Positions 31,481 through 39,633 of a stretch of 64,000 nucleotides of DNA are shown in pieces. Made by a program: the position numbers and the translations under genes. Under the pieces are notes generated by a model. It did no database searches. It was not told the DNA's origin and worked only from the letters and a program-made list of their open reading frames with translations. This DNA comes from Burkholderiaceae bacterium. GTDB lineage: Bacteria; Pseudomonadota; Gammaproteobacteria; Burkholderiales; Burkholderiaceae_C. The stretch covers positions 1,617 through 65,616 of the forward strand of contig JACSRS010000102.1 in the NCBI GenBank assembly GCA_014879655.1. Reading direction: 5' to 3'. The first letter of the stretch is position 1. Every line of letters starts with the position of its first letter.

Positions 31481-32470
31481 ATGTATTCATTGCCCGTTTC
31501 CCGATGCCAGGCTGGCGCCGCAACGCGGTATTTGCGCGCGCTACTGGCTGCGCTGTGCCTGAGTCTGATGGCCCTCGCGCCTGCTCTGGCGCAGACAGTG
31601 CCGGAGATGAAGCCGGTGCAGGTATCTCCCTCCGCCTGGTACGTACAAGGTGTCTCGGCGCTGGGTTCGCCGGAAAACCAGAACTTCATCTCCAACGCTG
31701 CCTTCATCGTCACGCCGGCCGGGGTGGTGGTGATCGACGCGCTGGGCTCGCCGGCACTTGCCGAGCGACTGCTGGCTGCCATCCGGCAGATCACACCGCT
31801 ACCGGTCAAGTACGTTATCGTCACCCATTACCACGCCGACCATATCTACGGCCTGCAGGTCTTCAAGGCGCAGGGCGCAACGATTCTTGCGCACAAGGAA
31901 GGGCGGGACTACCTGAACTCGGACACCGCGCGCCAGCGGCTGGCGGCCTCGCGCGAAGACCTGGCGCCCTGGATTGACGCCAACACCCGACTGGTGCCGG
32001 CTGACCGCTGGCTTGATGCGGATGAAATGCTTGAGATCGGTGGCGTGAAGCTCTACATCCGCCACGTCGGCCCGTCGCACACCCCGGAAGACCAGGTCGT
32101 CTGGATGCCGCATGAGAAAGTGCTATTTGCCGGTGACCTGGTGTTTCGCAGCCGCATTCCGTTTGTCGGGCAGGCCGACAGCGGCCACTGGATCAAGGCT
32201 CTGGACCAGCTGCTGGCTTTCGACGCGACCACCATCGTGCCCGGCCACGGCCCGATCTCCACCGAGGCGCGCAAGGACATGCAGCTGACGCGCGACTATC
32301 TGATCTACTTGCGCAAGACCATGCGTCAGGCGGCGCTCAATCTGGACCCGTTTGAAGACGCCTATAACGCGGCTGACTGGACGCCCTTTGAGCACCTGCC
32401 GCTGTTCCGTGCGGCCAACCGCATGAATGCCTACAACACCTACCTGCTGATGGAGCGCGAAGCCAAATGA
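31481..32470 (+). CDS. Periplasmic MBL-fold metallo-hydrolase (SoxH-like), paralogue 1
   Basis: Real gene is the last 330 codons of track ORF 30692..32470 (the upstream part is antisense to yeeE). Signal peptide ...LMALAPALAQ. Intact HxHxDH motif THYHADH. Later HTPED and PGHG. Confidence 0.8.
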   Translation: MYSLPVSRCQAGAATRYLRALLAALCLSLMALAPALAQTVPEMKPVQVSPSAWYVQGVSALGSPENQNFISNAAFIVTPAGVVVIDALGSPALAERLLAAIRQITPLPVKYVIVTHYHADHIYGLQVFKAQGATILAHKEGRDYLNSDTARQRLAASREDLAPWIDANTRLVPADRWLDADEMLEIGGVKLYIRHVGPSHTPEDQVVWMPHEKVLFAGDLVFRSRIPFVGQADSGHWIKALDQLLAFDATTIVPGHGPISTEARKDMQLTRDYLIYLRKTMRQAALNLDPFEDAYNAADWTPFEHLPLFRAANRMNAYNTYLLMEREAK

Positions 32471-32976
32471 CCACCTTCGAATCCCGGTGCGACACCAGCG
32501 GCCTGACCCGGCGCCAGCTGCTGTCTGCCGCTGCGTTCACCGCTGCTGTGCCCGCAGCAGGCGTTGCGCGGGCTGCCGGTGCGGTGCTGCCGGTGGCCGG
32601 ATCGCTGCCGGACGAGTTGAACCGGGCCCTGGCCAAAGGGCAACCGCTGGTGGTGATGGTCAGCCTGAAAGGTTGCCCGTTCTGCGAAGTGGCCCGCAGC
32701 AACTATCTGGCGCCGATGCTGCGCGAAGGGCAGATCGAGGTGGTGCAGGTGGACATGCGCACCAGCCTGCCCTTGACGGATTTCCAGGGCAAGGCGCTGA
32801 CCCATGAAGACATGGTGCGCCAGTGGAAGATCAGCATCGCCCCCACGGTGCTGTTCTTCGGCAAGGGCGGCGTGGAAGCGGCCGACCGGCTGGTCGGCGG
32901 TTATCTGCCCGACTTTTACGGTGCTTACCTCGACGCCCGGCTGGCACAGGCCCGGCAGCGGGTGGCTCGCGGCTGA
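32467..32976 (+). CDS. Periplasmic thioredoxin-fold protein (SoxS-like)
   Basis: 169 aa. Tat-type signal TRRQLLSAAAFTAAVPAAGVARA. CPFC redox motif in VMVSLKGCPFCEV. ATGA overlap with the MBL gene. Confidence 0.7.
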   Translation: MTTFESRCDTSGLTRRQLLSAAAFTAAVPAAGVARAAGAVLPVAGSLPDELNRALAKGQPLVVMVSLKGCPFCEVARSNYLAPMLREGQIEVVQVDMRTSLPLTDFQGKALTHEDMVRQWKISIAPTVLFFGKGGVEAADRLVGGYLPDFYGAYLDARLAQARQRVARG

Positions 32977-33045
32977 TTTTTGGATGGTTTTCAAGACATT
33001 TTGGCATCAACCCGGCGTCAAATGGTCGTTTTTTGCTACCAATCG
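32974..33045 (+). repeat. Copy B of the dispersed gene-3'-end repeat (shorter, lacks an obvious hairpin)
   Basis: TGATTTTTGGATGGTTTTCAAGACATTTTGGCATCAACCCGGCGTCAAATGGTCGTTTTTTGCTACC. Starts at the stop codon of the SoxS-like gene. Confidence 0.75.
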
Positions 33046-33120
33046 AGTAGTAAAAGCCTGTGGTGTCGCCAGCCGAAGCATGGCCGGGCGAGGACGGTTG
33101 ACCGAGGCGAACCCGCAGCC

Positions 33121-33290
33121 CATTCCCGCTCCGCTTCCAGATAGGTGCGACGGGCGTTGCCGCTCGCCAGGACGGTGGCGTTCAGCGGTAACGGCCGGCG
33201 GGCTCTACCGAAAGGTCGAAGTTGGCACGCAGGTAACTTTGCCACTTGGGAGAATTTCAAGTCAGCTTGCGGCTTGAATCGCGGACTTGC
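33121..33290 (-). pseudogene. Orphan C-terminal relic of an MBL-hydrolase paralogue
   Basis: Minus-strand translation ...DLKFSQVAKLP...PLNATVLASGNARRTYLEAERE matches the C-termini of the two intact MBL genes (...LLNAAELAPGNASRTYLEVERE*). The stop is lost and there is no upstream catalytic part. Confidence 0.5.
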
Positions 33291-33482
33291 TTTCGCGCGG
33301 GTTTGTTGCCGCCAGCGTCGTTCCCCGGGCATACTTGGGCGGAACTTTCTTCTCCGTCGCCACTCGCAACGGCAGCCCTGTTGCTCCGTTCTCGTGCTAT
33401 TTGAACTTTTCTCCGGTTTCAGCTGAGGAGAAGGCGCCAAACAGCGATATTTTTATCGGGCCGGATCAATCGCTCATATTTC

Positions 33483-34415
33483 ATGTCAATACCAATACTG
33501 ATGCCTTCACATTCGCAGGCTCGTCGAAAGTTCATGTCCCAGGCGGCCGCCATTTCTGGTGCGGCCGTGTTGCCAACGATCCTGATCGGCTGCGGATCGG
33601 CAGACAGCGCCGTCTTCCCCATGACATCCAGACAGCAGGTGCTGGCTGCCGGAACATTCGGCGAACTGCAAAAACCCTGGTACCGATCGGACACTTTGAC
33701 GCTGCGTCGCCCCGACGGGACGACCGCAAGCTATGGCGGCTCACACAAGGCACTGAATGTTCCAACCTCTGCCGCTGTGTCACCGGATGGATCATTCTGG
33801 GTGGCGGATACCGGCAATCGTCGAATCCTGCATCTGAGCCATTCGTTGCAACCCATTGGGGAAATCACGGAAGTTTCCGGCAAGCGGTTTTCGCGGCCAA
33901 CGGGTGTTGCGATTCTGGAGGACGGACGTCTCGCAGTCAGTGATCAACTCCTCGGAAAAGTCGCCGTTGCCAGCCCAGATAGTGGGCAAGGCATTTGGAC
34001 GGGTATCAGCGCAGACGACCATGTCGGAACGGGCTGGGTGCCCCATTGGGAGACTGAAACCGATCACCGTGTTCTTGAGGATCCAAGGTTTATCCATGCC
34101 GCCCCGGATGGCAAGCTCGTTGTTCTTGATATCTCGGTGGCTCGACTGGTCTTGTTCTCATCGTCTACCGGGCAGGCTTTAGACGCCATTCGACTCCCGG
34201 GTCGCCCGGCAGATATCGCCATCGGGCCGGACGGCGCCTGCTATGTGTTTGACAAGGTCAAAAAGTCAGTAAGCCAAGTCAGTTTGAAGACCCGCAGCGT
34301 TGATGCAGTCCTGAGTGCGGCGCAGATATCTCAATTTCCGGGTTCGCCCGATCGGATTGTCTGGAGCATCGGATCGGGCCCCGAAATCTCCAATCTCCTG
34401 ATTTCATATCGATAA
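33483..34415 (+). CDS. NHL-repeat beta-propeller protein, predicted Tat-exported lipoprotein
   Basis: 310 aa. Twin-arginine motif ARRKFMSQAAAISGAAVL followed by lipobox LIGC. Repeated NHL-like units (PTSAAVSPDGSFWVADTGNRRI, PTGVAILEDGRLAVSD, PRFIHAAPDGKLVVLD, PADIAIGPDGACYVFD). Confidence 0.7.
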   Translation: MSIPILMPSHSQARRKFMSQAAAISGAAVLPTILIGCGSADSAVFPMTSRQQVLAAGTFGELQKPWYRSDTLTLRRPDGTTASYGGSHKALNVPTSAAVSPDGSFWVADTGNRRILHLSHSLQPIGEITEVSGKRFSRPTGVAILEDGRLAVSDQLLGKVAVASPDSGQGIWTGISADDHVGTGWVPHWETETDHRVLEDPRFIHAAPDGKLVVLDISVARLVLFSSSTGQALDAIRLPGRPADIAIGPDGACYVFDKVKKSVSQVSLKTRSVDAVLSAAQISQFPGSPDRIVWSIGSGPEISNLLISYR

Positions 34416-34722
34416 CCAATAAGAATTGGTGGTTTTCCCTCGAATTGCGATAAAGCAATAAACTCTGGAGATTCGGGATTTGTTTTGGCGACGATTCTGA
34501 AAAGCCGATTACCAAAAATGAAACTTTATTCGATGTGGTTAAAAATAACCAGGGCGGCGGCGAGATTGAAAAATATGCATTTAGCAGACCGAATCTGCCG
34601 GTTGAATTTGATAACTATCGGTATTTGAGTGCTCCGGATTGAATTTATTCAGGACTCCTTTGATTTTTCATTCCGACTTTATCCGACTGAAATATAAAAC
34701 ATGTGATACTTTAAGGGTGTAA

Positions 34723-35580
34723 ATGGCGACCATCGGACAACTCGTAATATTGGCAAACGGAGCAAATGTGGATCCTTCCACCGGATTCATGCCTTGCGAT
34801 TGGCGAATCCTCAAAATCAGTGATTATCCTGCCTTGTTTGAAGTAATTGGCCATGCTTTCAGTCCGAGTTACAGTGACGAGCATTTTCATTTGCCAAACA
34901 CAATTCCGCTTCCTGCTGGTCTGCAATATCCAGCAAGCTATTGCATATGCACGAACGGAACCGCTCCCACTGCGCCAGCGCCGACTGGAGTTCTCGGACG
35001 AATCGAGAGATTTGCATTCCAGCCGGCATTACCATTGCCCATAGGGTGGAGTCGACCTGCAAACCAGCAAGCCATACCTGCTAACTATCATCCCTGCGAT
35101 GGCAGCATTTTTCAGATTGTCGATAATGAAGCGTTTTTCAGTATTATCGGCTTCAATTTCGGCGGTGATGGAATGAATACGTTCGCATTGCCCAACGTGC
35201 CAACTGATCCTGATTTCTATTGGTCGATGCCACACGGTGGTTATTGCATGGATACAGGAATAAATGGAGATGATTTATATCCCGATTCGGCAGGAGGAAT
35301 AACTTTGGATGACGATTATATTGGCCAGATCATGCTGAGCGGCTTTGGTTATGGCGGCTATGGTTTTGATCGTGGTAATCCGATTAATGTATTTCGATGC
35401 GATGGACAGGTGCTGAATGCAGCGGAGTGGCCGAATTTGTATTATGTCTTGACCGGTAATTCAGGCTTGATTGACAAAAGCACTACGTTCAAGATTCCTA
35501 AATTAAATCCGATTTCTTCATTGAGGGAGGCGGTATATTATATTGTGGCTGATGGACTATATCCAACGGAGATCTCTTAA
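34723..35580 (+). CDS. Protein of three tandem phage tail-collar (Collar, MdpB-like) domains
   Basis: 285 aa, low GC, no signal peptide. Three repeats of the Collar pattern: IGQLVIL...PCDWRILKISDYPALFEVIGHAF...FHLPN; GRIERFAF...PCDGSIFQIVDNEAFFSIIGFNFGGDGMNTFALPN; IGQIMLSGF...RCDGQVLNAAEWPNLYYVL...FKIPKL. Confidence 0.8.
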   Translation: MATIGQLVILANGANVDPSTGFMPCDWRILKISDYPALFEVIGHAFSPSYSDEHFHLPNTIPLPAGLQYPASYCICTNGTAPTAPAPTGVLGRIERFAFQPALPLPIGWSRPANQQAIPANYHPCDGSIFQIVDNEAFFSIIGFNFGGDGMNTFALPNVPTDPDFYWSMPHGGYCMDTGINGDDLYPDSAGGITLDDDYIGQIMLSGFGYGGYGFDRGNPINVFRCDGQVLNAAEWPNLYYVLTGNSGLIDKSTTFKIPKLNPISSLREAVYYIVADGLYPTEIS

Positions 35581-35709
35581 CGGGTCATCCCGGAAAATCG
35601 CACCGGCAGGCGGCTGAGAAAATAAATTTTGCAGGGGCGACTCCTCAAGTGCGCGTGATACTGAAAGGTCAGTCGCCACCTTTTTTTCGTTTTCAGAGGG
35701 ACCTGCGCT

Positions 35710-36681
35710 CTACTCCCGCTCCACTTCCAGATAGGTGCGACTGGCGTTGCCGGGCGCCAGCTCGGCAGCGTTGAGCAGCCCCATCCAGCGGGCGCCGTCG
35801 AACGAACGGACGGCGGCGCTGACGTCCACGCCGTCATCCACCGCCTTCTTCATGTGCGCGCGCAGCGCCAGCAGGTAGTCGCGCGTCTGCAGGCGCGCGA
35901 CAGCCAGCGTGGTGACCGAGCCATGGCCGGGCACGATGATGGCGGGCTGCAGCGATTCGACCCGCGCAAGACTGGCCAGCCAGGCGCGGGTGTTGCTGAC
36001 CGGGATCACGCCCAGCATGCGGTCGACGTAGATCACGTCGCCGGAAAACAGCACGCCGGCCTGCGGCAGCCAGACCAGGAGATCGCCGGGGGTATGACCG
36101 CCACCGGCGTGGTGCAGTTCGATCACGGTGCCGCCCAGGTTCAGACGCTCGACAGGCCCTTCGATCCAGCGCGCGGGCAGCACGGCGGTGGTGCCTTCGG
36201 CAGCTGGCCCCAGCAGTGTGCGCAGGCTGGCCAGCTGCTCACCGCCGCGCGACTGCATGTCGGTGCGGGCGTTGGTGTGGGCGATCAGCTGGGCACCCGT
36301 GCCCTTAAAGTAACTGTTGCCCAGCCAGCGGTGGTCTTGCCCGCCGGTGTTGATGACCCAGCGCAGCGGCTGCGAGGTGACGGCTTTCACCGCGTCGTGG
36401 ATCTTGCGGGCCGAAGCAAAGGTGGCCCCGCTGTCGATCAGCACTGCACCGGCCGGGGTGACGACCAGGCCGATGTTGGCGTTGAGCCCCTCGTTCTCGA
36501 CGCTGCGGCCACCCTTGTCTCCGATATGGGCATAGACGCCGGGTGCCACGGGCTCGAAACGCACCTCCAGCGCCCGCGCGGGCTGTGAGAAAAAGCCGAC
36601 GGTGGCCACCAGCATCAGCAAGAGCGTGCGAAGCGCTGAAGGAAGCAGGGGGGGTGTCATCGGGTTTTTCGGCTTTTTCAT
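35710..36681 (-). CDS. Periplasmic MBL-fold protein, paralogue 2 with degenerate HxHxDH motif
   Basis: Clear paralogue of 31481..32470 (VTPAGAVLIDSGA..., HHAGGGHTPGD, VPGHG). The zinc motif reads TGGQDH instead of THYHADH. Signal peptide ...FFSQPARA. Possible starts 36702, 36681, 36660. Confidence 0.8.
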   Translation of the reverse strand: MKKPKNPMTPPLLPSALRTLLLMLVATVGFFSQPARALEVRFEPVAPGVYAHIGDKGGRSVENEGLNANIGLVVTPAGAVLIDSGATFASARKIHDAVKAVTSQPLRWVINTGGQDHRWLGNSYFKGTGAQLIAHTNARTDMQSRGGEQLASLRTLLGPAAEGTTAVLPARWIEGPVERLNLGGTVIELHHAGGGHTPGDLLVWLPQAGVLFSGDVIYVDRMLGVIPVSNTRAWLASLARVESLQPAIIVPGHGSVTTLAVARLQTRDYLLALRAHMKKAVDDGVDVSAAVRSFDGARWMGLLNAAELAPGNASRTYLEVERE

Positions 36682-36925
36682 ATGTTTTTCGGCTTTATCC
36701 ATCGTCAGTTGGTGTTATTTTGCTATGATAAAAGGACTGTTCGGCGGCTCGCAACTGCCTTGCAACAGCCGTCCGGACTGACGCCCGCAACAGTTTGCTG
36801 CCGCTCAGATCCCGATTGTCGGCGAGCGCTACGGCCGTTTCAGATGAAGAGCGGGCCTTGGGCACAATCGGGGCCTGAGACTTTCCCCGATCCATCCCCT
36901 GTACCGCCTTTGAAGGAATTCTGTC

Positions 36926-37702
36926 ATGCCGCTCGTCGTTTTCAACCAGAAGGGAGGCGTCGGCAAGTCGACGATCACCTGCAACCTGGCCGCCATCAGT
37001 GCCAGCCAGGGCCATCGCACGCTGGTGATTGATCTGGACCCGCAAGGAAACTCCAGCGCCTACCTGCTGGGTGACAGCGCGCAGGACGACCAGCCGACGG
37101 TGGCCGATTTTTTTGAAAACACGCTGAGCTTCAGCCTGCGCGGCCCGGCGCCGGACGAATACACCGTGGCGACGCCGCACGACAACCTGCGTGTGATGGC
37201 GTCCAGCCCTGCGCTGGATGCGCTGCAGACCAAGCTCGAATCGCGCCACAAGATCTACAAGCTGCGCGAGGCCTTGCAAAAGCTCGCCGACAACTACGAC
37301 CGCATTTACATCGACACGCCGCCCGCGCTGAACTTTTACACCCGCTCAGCGCTGATCGCTGCACGCGGCTGCTTGATTCCGTTCGACTGCGACGAGTTTT
37401 CGCGCAAGGCGTTGTACACGCTGATGGAAAACGTCGAGGAAATCCGCGCGGACCACAACCCCGAACTGCAGATCGACGGCATCGTCGTCAACCAGTTCCA
37501 GCCGCGCGCCAACCTGCCGCAGCGCGTCGTACAGGAGCTGATCGACGAAGGCCTGCCGGTGCTGGAGCCCTACCTGCCGTCATCGGTGCGCATCCGCGAA
37601 TCGCATGAACAGTCGTTGCCGATGATCTGGCTGGACCCGGGCCACAAGCTGACGCTGGCGCTGGTGGAACTGCACGAGGCGATTGAGGCCGGGCGGGGGT
37701 GA
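36926..37702 (+). CDS. ParA/Soj-family P-loop ATPase (orphan, no parB seen)
   Basis: 258 aa. Deviant Walker A FNQKGGVGKSTI, then LVIDLDPQGN and IYIDTPPAL. Confidence 0.9.
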   Translation: MPLVVFNQKGGVGKSTITCNLAAISASQGHRTLVIDLDPQGNSSAYLLGDSAQDDQPTVADFFENTLSFSLRGPAPDEYTVATPHDNLRVMASSPALDALQTKLESRHKIYKLREALQKLADNYDRIYIDTPPALNFYTRSALIAARGCLIPFDCDEFSRKALYTLMENVEEIRADHNPELQIDGIVVNQFQPRANLPQRVVQELIDEGLPVLEPYLPSSVRIRESHEQSLPMIWLDPGHKLTLALVELHEAIEAGRG

Positions 37703-37788
37703 GCGGCCGGGATCGCTGGCGGATCGCACGGGTTTGACGCCAGCGGTTGCCAGAAGCATCCCGGGATGCCATGCTAGGGGCTCCAGCC

Positions 37789-39633
37789 ATGAAGGACGAA
37801 CGCCCGACCCCTGCCACCCGTACCGAGTCCGCCGCAGACCGGGCCCGCTGCGTTGACGCGGTGCTGGCGCGCCATGCCGGCCGGCGTGACCGGCTGGTGC
37901 AGATCCTGCGGGAGTTGCAGATCGAGACGCGCTGGCTGCCCCGCGAGGCGTTGGCACGTGTGGCGGCCGGCGTCGGGTTGACACCGGCCATCGTCGAGGG
38001 CGTCGCCAGCTTCTACCGCTTTTTTCACCTGCGACCGGTCGGTCGCTACCACCTGCTGTTCAGCGACAACATCACCGACCAGATGGCCGGCAGCCGCATG
38101 CTCGCGCAGGAGCTTTGCCGCCGGCTGGGCGTGACGGCGGGCGGCGCGCCGTCCGCTGATGGGCTGGTCAGCGTCGGTTATGCCTCGTGCATCGGCCTGG
38201 GCGACCACGCGCCGGCCGTGCTGGTGAACCAGCAGCAGGTGCTGACCCGGCTCGACAGCCCGCGCATTGCCGAACTGGCCGACCTGCTGCTCGCGCGGGT
38301 GCCGGTGTCGCAGTGGCCGCCGTCGTGGCAGCAGGTCGATGCGACGGTGCACCGCGCCGGGCCCTTGCTGGGCAGCGCGCCGCTGCAAGGCAGCGCCTTG
38401 CGGGCCGTGCTGGCGCGCGGGGTGGACGCGACACTCGACGAAATCGGGCATTCGCGCCTGCGCGGCCGCGGCGGCGCGGGTTTTTCCACGTCGGCCAAGT
38501 GGCGCCTGTGCCGCTCCGCAGCGGTCGCGCCGACACAAACCCGGGTGGTCGTCTGCAACGCGGACGAGGGCGAGCCCGGCACGTTCAAGGACCGCGTGCT
38601 GCTGGCGCGGCAGGCCGACACGGTGTTCGAGGGCATGACCGTCGCGGCGCGGCTGCTCGATGCGCGCCTGGGTTTCGTCTACCTGCGCGGGGAGTACGCG
38701 CATCTGCATGCGGCCCTGCTGGACGTGCTGGCGCGCCGGCGCGCGGCCGCCCTGCTGGGGCGTTCCATCCTTGGCGTCGAGGGTTTTGACTTCGACATCG
38801 AGATTCACCTGGGCGCCGGTGCCTACGTCTGCGGCGAAGAGAGCTCACTGATCGAATCGCTGGAGGGCAAGCGCGGCACACCGCGCATCCGGCCGCCGTT
38901 TCCGGTGGAGCGGGGCTATATGGGCCAGCCGACCGTTGTGAACAACGTCGAAACCTTCTGCGCCGCCGCCCACATCGCCGAACAGGGCGGGGCCTGGTGG
39001 GCCGGCATGGGCACCGCGGCCAGCAGCGGCAGCAAACTGCATTCGGTCAGCGGCGACTGCGCACGCCCCGGCGTCTATGAATACCCGTTCGGCGTCAGCG
39101 TGGCCGACATCCTGCACGACTGCGGTGCCGAGCGTACGCAGGGGGTGCAGGTGGGCGGGCCCTCGGGTCTGTGTCTGGCCGCGCACGAGTTTGGCCGCCA
39201 CATCGGATTCGACGATGTGCCCACCGCCGGCGCCTTCATGGTTTTTGATGAATCGCGCGACATGTTTGAAGTGACGCGCAACTTCGCCCACTTTTTTGCG
39301 CATGAGAGCTGTGGCTTCTGTACTCCCTGCCGGGTGGGGACCGAACTGGTGGTGCGGCGGCTTGACAAGCTTGCGGCCGGTTACGGTTCGCTGTTCGACG
39401 AGAACGAGCTGCGCGAGCTGGAAGCCCTGCTGCATGGCAGCACGCATTGCGGGCTCGGCGCCACCGCCACCAACCCGTTGCGTGACACCTTGTTGCGCTT
39501 TCGTCCGGCCTACGAGCGGCGATTGCTCTCGCCCCGGTTCACGCCGGCTTTCGACCTGGACGCTGAGTTGGAAGTGGCGCGCCGCGTCACGGGCCGCACC
39601 GATGCCGGTGCCCACCTGGATCGACGCGGATGA
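37789..39633 (+). CDS. hoxF: NAD-reducing [NiFe] hydrogenase diaphorase large subunit HoxF (NuoE+NuoF-like)
   Basis: GRGGAGFSTSAKW (NADH site), GAGAYVCGEESSLIESLEG (FMN site), ESCGFCTPCRVG (4Fe-4S). NuoE-like N-terminal part. ATG 37789 has an AGGGG RBS; the track TTG start is 37747. Confidence 0.9.
   Translation: MKDERPTPATRTESAADRARCVDAVLARHAGRRDRLVQILRELQIETRWLPREALARVAAGVGLTPAIVEGVASFYRFFHLRPVGRYHLLFSDNITDQMAGSRMLAQELCRRLGVTAGGAPSADGLVSVGYASCIGLGDHAPAVLVNQQQVLTRLDSPRIAELADLLLARVPVSQWPPSWQQVDATVHRAGPLLGSAPLQGSALRAVLARGVDATLDEIGHSRLRGRGGAGFSTSAKWRLCRSAAVAPTQTRVVVCNADEGEPGTFKDRVLLARQADTVFEGMTVAARLLDARLGFVYLRGEYAHLHAALLDVLARRRAAALLGRSILGVEGFDFDIEIHLGAGAYVCGEESSLIESLEGKRGTPRIRPPFPVERGYMGQPTVVNNVETFCAAAHIAEQGGAWWAGMGTAASSGSKLHSVSGDCARPGVYEYPFGVSVADILHDCGAERTQGVQVGGPSGLCLAAHEFGRHIGFDDVPTAGAFMVFDESRDMFEVTRNFAHFFAHESCGFCTPCRVGTELVVRRLDKLAAGYGSLFDENELRELEALLHGSTHCGLGATATNPLRDTLLRFRPAYERRLLSPRFTPAFDLDAELEVARRVTGRTDAGAHLDRRG

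Larger units (their letters stand above)
33124..35778. mobile_element. Putative horizontally acquired low-GC islet bracketed by ~65-nt direct repeats (no mobility gene detected)
   Basis: Direct repeats at 33124-33188 and 35714-35778. GC falls well below the window background. Cargo is an NHL lipoprotein and a triple Collar protein. Confidence 0.4.

Noticed and set aside
33287-33943. 218-aa plus-strand ORF overlapping the NHL gene in another frame
   Set aside because: The NHL frame shows a Tat/lipobox signal and repeated NHL blades. This frame shows nothing recognisable.
34518-34628. 36-codon ORF (MKLYSMWLKITRAAARLKNMHLADRICRLNLITIGI) in the AT-rich spacer between the NHL and collar genes
   Set aside because: No convincing RBS and no motif. 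Short ORFs arise easily in AT-rich DNA. It cannot be supported from sequence alone.
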